A stretch of 64,000 nucleotides of DNA from an uncultured Lachnospiraceae bacterium. Its GTDB lineage: Bacteria > Bacillota > Clostridia > Lachnospirales > Lachnospiraceae. A model generated the notes under the pieces. The model saw nothing but the letters and a program-made list of their open reading frames with translations. It did not search any database and was not told where the DNA came from. The stretch's first letter is position 1, and each line of letters opens with the position of its first letter. The stretch is taken from assembly GCA_949155905.1 (NCBI GenBank), contig CASCWU010000004.1, positions 174 through 64,173 of the forward strand. The letters are read 5' to 3'. Below, piece by piece: positions 16,465 to 24,265 of this stretch. The position numbers and the translations under genes were made by a program.

Positions 16465-18373
16465 ATCTCCCCTTTTTCATTTCTATTTTTCCTAAACGGA
16501 AGCCGCCGTCCTCAAACAAAAGCTCTGCCCGCAGCTCTGGAGAATCCTCCTCGTACAGAATCATGCCGACTCCCTTCAGGCGGTAGCCGCCGCTCATCAT
16601 CAGCCAGAGTGTTCCATCCTCTGCTGTAATCGTCACCTGCTCCCACCAGGAAATTCCCAGGAAAGCTCCTTCTCTCTCATAATGGTTCCCGATTCGCTCC
16701 GCACCTTCTGCCAAACCATCGAACAGCTCCGTCAGATCCCAGCTTCCGTCAAACGGCTTCCCATCCAGAGAGCAGGAAAGCCTTTCCTCCTCCAGATCCC
16801 ATTCCCAGGATACCCTTTTTTCTGCTGGTTCCAAGTAATCCGCCTCTTCCAGAGGAAAAGCCTGCAGTCCCTCTTTCTCCTCCTTTATCACTACCAAAGC
16901 ATCCACGCAAACTCCGGTTCCATGGCCGAATAGCCATATGAGCGCAGCTTCCTCCTCGCCGTCTTTATCATAATCTCCACAGAGAAGCAGCGGCGGCGCC
17001 CAAAAATCCAGCCCTGCCTCAAGCTTCTTCCGCTTTCCATGGAAGCGTATAAATACTCTGCCGTCTGACTCGCAGTAATACAGATAGCAGCTATGCGCTG
17101 GAACCTCCGCAACCAGAATGAGGCCTTTTTCTTCCTTGTCCTCCCATCTTCTATGAATCTCCTGAAAATCCACACACTCCAGACGGTCTAATTCTTCATC
17201 AGTCATGGTTTCCATATAATATGCCACATCCCTGACTGGCTCCGAATGTTCCTTCTCCTTGGCTGCTTCTCCTTCCGTTCCTTCTGCTCCTACCTCATTT
17301 CTGGAATCGCCCGTCTCTTCTTCTATCTCCTCATTTCCGGCTCCGTCTGTCTCTTCTTCTGTCTCCCCATTTCCAGAACCATCTGTCTTCTCTTCTGCTT
17401 CCTCATCTGGTATCGCCTCTCCACCGGACAGAGCCAAATCCCCCAGCGTAAACGCACCGTCTTGTACCTGAACCTCTGCTTCTAACAATGGATATGGATC
17501 GCCCGATTCGCCATAGTACAGACTGCCAAAGCAGCTCAGACGATAGCCTCCTGACATTACCATCTGCAGCGTCCCGTCCCCTATCTCAAAACAAACCTGT
17601 TCCTGAAATTCGATTCCTTCAAACAGCTCTTCTCTGGCCAAATCGGTTCCGATCTCCTGCTCTGCCGTCCAAATCCGTTCCATCATCTGGCTCAAATCCC
17701 AGACCTGTCCAGACGATGCTCCATCCTGGCTGCAGGTTAGCTGCTCCCGCTCCGGTTCCCAGCTCCACTCCAGTCTCTCCTGGAGCTGCGCCAGATAATC
17801 CTCCTGCTCAAATTCTGCAATCTCCAGCCGATCCCCTTCCTCCTGGATCAGCAATAATTCTTCCACTAAAATTCCGGTTCCATGGCCGCCCAGAAGTTCT
17901 AACGCCACTTCCTTTTTCCCGTCTCCGTCATAATCCTCGCAGGCCAGCGTCGGCGGCATCCAAAGCAAACGGAAATCCATATGTTTCTCCGGCAGGATAC
18001 TCCGTTTTCCATGGAAGCGTATAAACAGCCCGCCGCCCGGCTCACAGCAATATACATAGCAATCCTCCTCGGAATCTGCTGCGACCAGGTTAATCCCTTC
18101 AGAATCCGCCTTGGCTGAATCCGAAACCAACTCCAGACGGTCTAATTCTTCATCGGTCATGGTTTCCATATAATATGCTACATCCCTGACTTGCTCCGAA
18201 TGCTCCTTTGCCCCCGCTGTCTGGACGGTTTGGACATGATTCTCTTCCTTATTCTGCCCTGCAAAAGCAGACGGATCTCCCTCCGGCTCTGCCGCTGCAG
18301 GTCTTTGGCAGGCGGACAGGCTTCCTATCGCCAGGCACGATACTGCAAGTACTGCTAAAAAACGTTTCTTCAT
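16451..18373 (-). CDS. Lipoprotein built from two copies of a ~270-aa domain joined by an acidic repeat linker
   Basis: Signal peptide plus lipobox (AIGSLSAC). KEHSE(Q/P)VRDVAYYMETMTDEELDRLE occurs twice, each followed by FIRFHGKR, (E/G)DYD(G/K)DG..E.A, GHGTG and MSGGYRL. The linker is (E/T)EETDG(S/A)GN. Confidence 0.7.
   Translation of the reverse strand: MKKRFLAVLAVSCLAIGSLSACQRPAAAEPEGDPSAFAGQNKEENHVQTVQTAGAKEHSEQVRDVAYYMETMTDEELDRLELVSDSAKADSEGINLVAADSEEDCYVYCCEPGGGLFIRFHGKRSILPEKHMDFRLLWMPPTLACEDYDGDGKKEVALELLGGHGTGILVEELLLIQEEGDRLEIAEFEQEDYLAQLQERLEWSWEPEREQLTCSQDGASSGQVWDLSQMMERIWTAEQEIGTDLAREELFEGIEFQEQVCFEIGDGTLQMVMSGGYRLSCFGSLYYGESGDPYPLLEAEVQVQDGAFTLGDLALSGGEAIPDEEAEEKTDGSGNGETEEETDGAGNEEIEEETGDSRNEVGAEGTEGEAAKEKEHSEPVRDVAYYMETMTDEELDRLECVDFQEIHRRWEDKEEKGLILVAEVPAHSCYLYYCESDGRVFIRFHGKRKKLEAGLDFWAPPLLLCGDYDKDGEEEAALIWLFGHGTGVCVDALVVIKEEKEGLQAFPLEEADYLEPAEKRVSWEWDLEEERLSCSLDGKPFDGSWDLTELFDGLAEGAERIGNHYEREGAFLGISWWEQVTITAEDGTLWLMMSGGYRLKGVGMILYEEDSPELRAELLFEDGGFRLGKIEMKKGRYELD
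17177..17253 (-). repeat. Copy 1 of a 77-bp near-identical intragenic repeat
   Basis: ctccagacggtctaattcttcatcAgtcatggtttccatataatatgcCacatccctgactGgctccgaatgTtcct. It differs from the copy at 18131..18207 at 4 positions. Confidence 0.85.
18131..18207 (-). repeat. Copy 2 of the 77-bp intragenic repeat
   Basis: See copy 1. The rest of the duplicated domain is much more diverged. Confidence 0.85.
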
Positions 18374-18412
18374 TGTTTTCTCCTTTGCATATATGGCTTT
18401 TCTGTTTTCTAC

Positions 18413-18808
18413 TTACACAACTGCTTCAACAATCTTCTTTCCCTCCCAGGCAATTTCCCGGATGCCTCTCGTTTTCTTCTTATTAAAATTGAAGCTTAGC
18501 AAATACACTTCCTTTACCTGATAATAATCCAGATAGGCAGAAAGCTGTTCTCTGCCCCGTTTGTTGTACTCTTCCCCATGCCAGATTTTCATTTCTATCA
18601 CATACTGCTACCCCCGGTAATCGACTATAACATCCGTCCGTTTCTGATCTCTGGTTTGTGCTTCAATATAATAGTTCCCCACTCCATGGATAATCGGTTT
18701 TAAGTAGAGAAGGAAAAAACGCCGTCCGTTTTCCTCTAAAAAACTTTCTGCACTATCCGCATAAACTTGTGTAAAATGCTCTGCAAATTTTGTAAGCACC
18801 AGCTTCAT
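18413..18808 (-). pseudogene. 5'-truncated, nonsense-interrupted remnant of an AAA-ATPase-like/PDDEXK_9 family gene
   Basis: Two same-frame ORFs are separated by TAG at 18608..18610: ...KRTDVIVDYRG*QYVIEMKIWHGEEY.... This matches the C-terminal nuclease motif of the intact paralogues at 55888 and 59807 (SDITV..VIETK, SDISV..VIELK). The N-terminal ~400 aa are absent. Confidence 0.7.
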
Positions 18809-18910
18809 ATCTAATCTGCCGCCTCTCTTCCAGTATAAAAAAATCTCCCTGATCTAGCAAGAAATTTCCAGTTACAGTTCTATGATCTTTTGGTTTATTT
18901 TCTGTTTCGC

Positions 18911-19010
18911 TTTTGTTTATTTCTATTTCCACTTTGTTTCAATTTTCGTTTATTTCTATTTCGTTTCTGTTCCAATTTCGTTCATTTTTATTTCTATTCT
19001 ATTTCCATCC
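18911..19010. repeat. Three imperfect ~33-36 bp T-rich repeats downstream of topB
   Basis: gtttatttctatttc occurs at 18915 and 18948, and ttttatttctattc at about 18986. No credible ORF is present. Confidence 0.5.
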
Positions 19011-19042
19011 CATTTCATCTTTACTACTATCAATCTTTCGTT

Positions 19043-21481
19043 TCATGGCTCCTCCAGCTTCAGCTTTGCAAACGCATCTGCAAACGCCGTATTCATCGGG
19101 GTAGCTGCCTCTTTTTTCTGCCGGTTCATATAATTGGCCACATCCTTTTTCGACACGCCTGCTCCCTCTCTCTTCCTCCGCTCCTGGAAGGCCGCCAGCT
19201 TTTCCTTATGGCCGCAGCTACATACAAATTGCTGGGCGTCGCCCTTCCCGCGCAGTTCCATTTTTTTATGGCAAACCGGACAGCGGGCATTCGAGGTACG
19301 GGAAACCGTCTCCCGGTAGCCGCATTCTCTGTCCTGGCAAACTAACATCTGGCTGTTTTTCCCCTTGACTGAAAGCATCCGCTTTCCGCAACGCGGGCAT
19401 TTGCTGTTCGTCAGGTTATCATGGCGGAACTGTCCCTGTCCGGCTTTAATTTCCTGTATCAGCTCCTCGGCATAGCCTCGGATCTCCTTCATAAACACAG
19501 ACCGTTTCAGGCTCCCCTTGGCAATTTGCCCCAGACGCAGCTCCCAGTCCGCCGTCAGCTCCGGCTTCCGCAGATCCTCCGGCACCAGCTCCAAAAGCTG
19601 TTTGGCCTTGCTGGTCAGATAAATATCCTGCCCCTTCTTCTCCAGTAAAAAGCTGGAAAACAGTTTTTCGATGATATCCGCCCTGGTCGCTACCGTTCCC
19701 AGCCCGCCGGTTTCCTTCAAGGTTTTCGCCAATATTTTTTGCGAAGCTTCTATCGCAGAGCCTCCATCTGACCACTTTTTACTCTGCTTGCTTTCAAACT
19801 TCGTTTCTTCTGTCCATTTCTCTTTTTGCTGCAACTCTCCCTGTCCTCTATTGCCTGTCTCCATATAGGCCACCGGATTTTCCATCGCGGAAAGCAAGGT
19901 TGCTTCGTTAAAACGAGCCGGAGGCTTTGTTTTTCCTTCCGTCAACTGAAAAGAAAAACCGGTCAGCTTCTCTCCCTGACGCAGCTCCGGTAAGTTTTGT
20001 GCTTTTAACCGGCTATCCGCTTCCGCACGGTCTGCATTTCGGCTCTGCCCGGACATCCCTGAACTCTGACGGATACCATTTCTGTCAAAATTCTCCTCAT
20101 ACTCGTCTTCCTCATCTCCATATTCTCCGAAAGCACTAGCCGAACCGACGCCATCCGTATAGATCTCCCTCCAGCCCAGGCTTTTTACGATTTTCCCCTG
20201 CGCCACGAAGGTTTCCTTGCCAACCGTCACCTCCAGGCTTGTCTGTTCGTATTCATATGGCGGATACAGCACCGCCAGGAAACGCCGCACGACCAAATCA
20301 TAGATTTTCCGCTCCTCCACTGTCATATGATCGAGCTGGACGTATTGCTCCGTCGGGATAATCGCATGGTGATCGGATACCTTTGCATCGTTGACAAAGG
20401 CCGCCTTTGCCGAAAAGTTCTGTCCGGCCAGACGTCCTGCCAGCTTCCGGTACGGCCCTGTCGCGCACGCCTGCAGCCGTTCCTTTAACGTCGGGACAAC
20501 GTCGCTGCTTATGTAGCGCGAATCGGTTCTCGGATACGTCAGCACCTTATGGTTTTCATACAGACGCTGCATAATGTTTAAGGTTTCCTTTGCGGAAAAC
20601 TGGAACCGGCGGTTCGCCTCCCGCTGCAGCTCGGTCAAATCGTAGAGCAGCGGCGCAGGGGATTTCTTTGGCGTCCGTTTTACCATTGTCACTGTCCCGG
20701 TTTCCCCTTGCAGCTCGGTAAGAAGCCTTTGCATCCGCTCCTTATCAAAGGAACGGTAGGAACCGGATTTGCTGTCCCTCCAGGTCAGCTTTAACATACC
20801 TCCTGCTGTTCCTGCGTTACCCTGGCTCGCCGTTATCCCAAAATAAGCCTCTGGCCGAAACTCCCGGATCTGCTGCTCCCGTCTGGCAATGATCGCTAAC
20901 GTCGGTGTCTGCACCCGCCCGCAAGAAAGCTGCGCGTTGTATTTACAGGTCAGCGCCCTGGTCGCATTGATTCCGACAAGCCAATCCGCCTCTGCCCGGC
21001 ACATCGCCGCGTCGTAGAGCGGTTCGTATTCCCTGCCGTCCTTTAAATGGGCAAAGCCCTCCCGGATCGCCTTATCGGTGACAGAGGAAATCCACAGCCG
21101 CTTGATTGGCTTCTTGCTGCCTGCCTGCTTTAAAATCAGCCTTGCTACGAGCTCGCCCTCCCGTCCGGCATCGGTCGCAATGATCACCTGCCCGACGTCC
21201 TGGCGGTGAAGCTGGCTCTTTACGGTATGGTACTGCTTTCCGGTCTGCTTGATCACGACCAACTTGAACTGCTCTGGCATCATCGGCAGGTATTCCAGCT
21301 TCCATTCCTTATACTGTGCGCCGTACTCCTCCGGATCGGCCAGCGTCACCAGATGCCCCAGCCCCCATGTTACGATATAGTCCTTTCCTTCTAAAAAGCC
21401 GTTTCCGCCCTGCCCACAATGCAGTACCCTGGCAATGTCTCTGCCTACGGAGGGCTTCTCTGCGATTACCAATGCTTTCAT
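19043..21481 (-). CDS. topB: DNA topoisomerase III with C-terminal zinc-ribbon domains
   Basis: Start at MKALVIAEKPSVGRDIARVL (Toprim) with AGGA upstream. The active-site region is LTYPRTDSRYIS. The C-terminus has CPRCG..CQDRECGY and CPVCH..CSCGH zinc ribbons. The ORF-track start at 21673 would overlap the upstream gene and lacks homology. Confidence 0.9.
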   Translation of the reverse strand: MKALVIAEKPSVGRDIARVLHCGQGGNGFLEGKDYIVTWGLGHLVTLADPEEYGAQYKEWKLEYLPMMPEQFKLVVIKQTGKQYHTVKSQLHRQDVGQVIIATDAGREGELVARLILKQAGSKKPIKRLWISSVTDKAIREGFAHLKDGREYEPLYDAAMCRAEADWLVGINATRALTCKYNAQLSCGRVQTPTLAIIARREQQIREFRPEAYFGITASQGNAGTAGGMLKLTWRDSKSGSYRSFDKERMQRLLTELQGETGTVTMVKRTPKKSPAPLLYDLTELQREANRRFQFSAKETLNIMQRLYENHKVLTYPRTDSRYISSDVVPTLKERLQACATGPYRKLAGRLAGQNFSAKAAFVNDAKVSDHHAIIPTEQYVQLDHMTVEERKIYDLVVRRFLAVLYPPYEYEQTSLEVTVGKETFVAQGKIVKSLGWREIYTDGVGSASAFGEYGDEEDEYEENFDRNGIRQSSGMSGQSRNADRAEADSRLKAQNLPELRQGEKLTGFSFQLTEGKTKPPARFNEATLLSAMENPVAYMETGNRGQGELQQKEKWTEETKFESKQSKKWSDGGSAIEASQKILAKTLKETGGLGTVATRADIIEKLFSSFLLEKKGQDIYLTSKAKQLLELVPEDLRKPELTADWELRLGQIAKGSLKRSVFMKEIRGYAEELIQEIKAGQGQFRHDNLTNSKCPRCGKRMLSVKGKNSQMLVCQDRECGYRETVSRTSNARCPVCHKKMELRGKGDAQQFVCSCGHKEKLAAFQERRKREGAGVSKKDVANYMNRQKKEAATPMNTAFADAFAKLKLEEP

Positions 21482-21528
21482 TCCTTCTCTATGTTTCCTT
21501 TCTGCTAGATTTCCTGTGCGATTCCAGC

Positions 21529-22113
21529 TTATACCCTTTGATCCACATTCATCCCCCGCAGCACGGTTCCTTCTACGGCCTTCCGTCCCTGATCGTAAGG
21601 ATTTTCCCGGTAAGTAAGCATTTTCGTATGGGTGGTTCCGCCTGCGATATACGTCCGTCCGCACTCCGGGCATACACCGGTCTTTAACGATACGCTGACC
21701 GACACCAGCTTTTTATTTTCCTTCTGTCCCTCCGCTACTGCGTTCCTTACATGCTCCCGCTCATGGGACATTACCCTTGCCGCAGCCTGTCCCGGCGCGA
21801 TATGGGTCGGAGACTGGAAGGAAACGTTCCCTTCGTTGGACTGATCCATGTATTTCCGTTCCTTGCAGGTCTGGCATTCTGCCTTCTGCGCCTTCTTTGC
21901 CTCCTGCGTCCCGGTTTTCTCCTGTGCGCCTTGCACCTCTGCTGGCCGTCCTGGTGCGGCTGCACGAGTTCTCTCAAGCGGGCTGGCCGCCTGGACATTC
22001 TCGGTCGGCTGCACTGCTCCCCTACTACCTGGCTGCCCGCCATATAATCCGGCGCCATAGTCTGCCGCGCCTTCCATCCCCCATGTTGCTTGTACTGATC
22101 CGATTCCTGACAT
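21529..22113 (-). CDS. SprA-related / putative metalloprotease (CJM1_0395-like) family protein
   Basis: ECQTCKERKYMDQSNEGNVSFQSPTHI...VMSHEREHV...VCPECGRTYIAGGTTHT fits my memory of the SprA-related family (HExxH-like plus Cys pairs). The start is 22113 or 22119. Confidence 0.45.
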   Translation of the reverse strand: MSGIGSVQATWGMEGAADYGAGLYGGQPGSRGAVQPTENVQAASPLERTRAAAPGRPAEVQGAQEKTGTQEAKKAQKAECQTCKERKYMDQSNEGNVSFQSPTHIAPGQAAARVMSHEREHVRNAVAEGQKENKKLVSVSVSLKTGVCPECGRTYIAGGTTHTKMLTYRENPYDQGRKAVEGTVLRGMNVDQRV

Positions 22114-22159
22114 CTTCATTCCTCATATCCCCGTCTCTTCTTATATGTATGGCTCTTCT

Positions 22160-22267
22160 CTGAGCCAGGCCTGCTGTCTGCTCTCTGCTTTCCTTCTGAG
22201 CCAGGCTTGTTGTCTGCTCTTTGTTCTCCTTCTAAGCGAGGCTTTCTATTGCTCATGGCTCTCTATC
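22160..22267. repeat. 3 x 36-bp tandem repeat upstream of the SprA-like/topB genes
   Basis: Units start at 22160, 22196 and 22232. Units 1 and 2 differ only by five C/T transitions (ctgagccaggcCtgCtgtctgctctCtgCtTtcctt). Unit 3 is more diverged. Confidence 0.8.
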
Positions 22268-22288
22268 CGCTGCCAGCTCTTACTGGCC

Positions 22289-22953
22289 TTATTCCTCTTC
22301 TGGAGCAATTACCTGGTTATCTGCTAACACCTCTGGCATATGTATCATGCTGTCTGCTTCTGTTATCTCCCGTATCACCCGGCAAGGCACTCCGGCGGCA
22401 AAGCTGTTGGCTGGAATATCCCTTGTCACTACACTGCCGGCACCGATGACACAGCCATCGCCAATCGTCACACCTGGACAAACCGTGACAGAAGCCCCGA
22501 ACCAGCAGTCATTGCCAATCTGTACCGGCTTCGCATAGCAAAGCAGCTTTTTCTCCCTCTCCGCAGTACGCATGGCACGGCGCTCACTGGCCACCATCGG
22601 ATGTATGGGGGTTACAATGGTGACATTCGGGCCGAAATTGCAGTTATCGCCGATAATCACCTCTGCGTCGTCCTGGACAGTAAAATTAAAATTTGCAAAA
22701 AATTTTTGCCGATTTTAGTATGTTTGCCATAATGAAATGCAATCGGCCCCTGAATACGCACGCCCTCTCCCATCTCACCGATGATTTCGTGTAGAATGGC
22801 GTCCCGTTTTTCAAACTCATCCTCGTATGTCTGGTTATAATCTACATTCAGGTTATGTGTTTTTCGCTTGATTGCCACCAACTCTGGTTCCGCAGGACAA
22901 AACAATATCCCGGCTTTGATTTTTTCCTCTGCATTTGCATATTTTCCCTTCAT
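22289..22953 (-). pseudogene. maa: Maltose/galactoside O-acetyltransferase (left-handed beta-helix) gene interrupted by a frameshift
   Basis: The N-terminal ORF carries the Mac domain (AGILFCPAEPELVAIKRKTHNLNVDYN). The C-terminal ORF carries hexapeptide repeats ([39 protein letters not shown]). The frames join at the A6T5 homopolymer at 22697..22707. One extra base restores [23 protein letters not shown]. Confidence 0.8.
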
Positions 22954-23138
22954 ATTGAAAGCCTCTTTTCTTTTTTTCCAGTTTACGCCTTTTTCTCTAC
23001 CCTGTCAATGCAATCCTGTCCTGATACTCTTTTTCAAAGGTGGGGGGAGACAAAACCCCGTCCAAGCTTCCTGCCAGACGGGGCTTTCTGACATTTCCCG
23101 GATGATAACCAATCTCCGCACAGGAAATGTTTTCTTCT

Positions 23139-23804
23139 TTAACTGGAAAATTTCGGAGCATTTACCTCATTTCCGGCAAAGGTATTCGGCCCAGGGTTCG
23201 AGAGAGAAAAATACATCTTCGCCGCCTTCGTCGTACCGAAATCGCGGTTCGATCCGGTATCCTGCACCTCGTTAAAGGCGTCCCGGAACATCTGGTTGTG
23301 CGCCTCCTCCCGGTTCAAAAGAAAATCTATCGTCTCCCGTACTTTATTGTCCTTAATCTGACGATACAGATATTCGTACACGACCTTCGCCCGCTGCTCG
23401 GACGCAATGTTGCTAAGCAAATCAGCGCATAAATCACCTGTCACCGTTACATAATCTCCTGTCCAGGAATAACCGGAGGCATTGATTAGCCCTGGATTCA
23501 AGCCCAACAGGACATGCGTTTGGATCTCTCCCGCCTGAACCTGTGCCGCCTCTAACTCATGCCCGTTTAGCAAATTGATGGTCTGCGCCACCATCTCCAT
23601 ATGCCCTAATTCCTCTGCCGCAATATCCAGAAACAAATCCTTGATCCGCTGATCCTTAATCCGAAAGGATTGGGACATATACTGCATCGCCGCCTTTAGC
23701 TCACCATTCCCGCCGCCTAGCTGCTCCTGAAGCAAGGCGGCGTACTGCGGATTAGGGCGTTCTATCTCTACCGGATGAAATAGCTGCTTTTCATGTTGAA
23801 ACAT
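23139..23804 (-). CDS. Manganese catalase family protein (CotJC-like)
   Basis: GGNGELKAAMQYMSQSF and AAEELGHMEMV are the di-Mn ligand motifs. GGAGG RBS. Confidence 0.85.
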   Translation of the reverse strand: MFQHEKQLFHPVEIERPNPQYAALLQEQLGGGNGELKAAMQYMSQSFRIKDQRIKDLFLDIAAEELGHMEMVAQTINLLNGHELEAAQVQAGEIQTHVLLGLNPGLINASGYSWTGDYVTVTGDLCADLLSNIASEQRAKVVYEYLYRQIKDNKVRETIDFLLNREEAHNQMFRDAFNEVQDTGSNRDFGTTKAAKMYFSLSNPGPNTFAGNEVNAPKFSS

Positions 23805-24121
23805 ACCTCATTCCTCCAATCTGAAAATCTGTATCCAAATGCTTTGTATTGGAAGCTTCTGCTTCGCCAAACGGCACAGACGAAGCTATCCGTACATGAT
23901 AATAAACGGCAAAATAAGTTGTCGTTCACTATAGTTTGTCCCGGCGCCCAAAAAATATGCAGCCCTCTTTTTCTCCGTCAGAGAAGCCTCAGAAACGCTT
24001 TTCAAAAACAAAAACGAATAACTTTACACTTCTTATTCTCCGTTTTTTCGTCAAAATACCAATAATTCGCCCTGTAAATTCAAAAATATAAATAAGTATG
24101 TATAAAAATACAATTCACATA

Positions 24122-24150
24122 TTTACAAATCCACTTTATCATGATAAAAT
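24122..24150 (+). promoter_or_regulatory. Candidate sigma-A promoter of the ABC transporter operon
   Basis: TTTACA-N17-TAAAAT, about 115 bp upstream of the SBP start. Confidence 0.45.
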
Positions 24151-24265
24151 GTCTGACATAGTTTTGCTGCAAGTACAGCCAGCCAAACAGTCGGCAGTCA
24201 GATAGGAGAAAAGGCTGCCGGAACCAGAGAATCAAATCAGCAACCAAATAAGGAGAGGATGGAGT

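Noticed and set aside
17259-18024. Long + strand ORFs (70, 79 and 178 aa) inside the lipoprotein gene
   Set aside because: They are antisense shadows of a Glu/Asp-rich coding region. The translations are Ser/Pro/Leu low-complexity.
18880-19040. Checked whether the T-rich repeats, or the 17-, 33- and 36-bp arrays elsewhere, could be CRISPR arrays
   Set aside because: The units are directly abutting or degenerate, with no unique spacers of regular length. No cas genes are present in the window.
21482-21673. Upstream 64-codon extension of the topoisomerase III ORF (ORF-track start at 21673)
   Set aside because: Homology to TopB starts exactly at MKALVIAEKPS (ATG at 21481, with AGGA upstream). 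The extension is Arg-rich, non-homologous, and would overlap the SprA-like gene. Similar upstream extensions were trimmed for the ORFs at 33678, 36017, 39768, 48169, 49354, 58179 and 62878.
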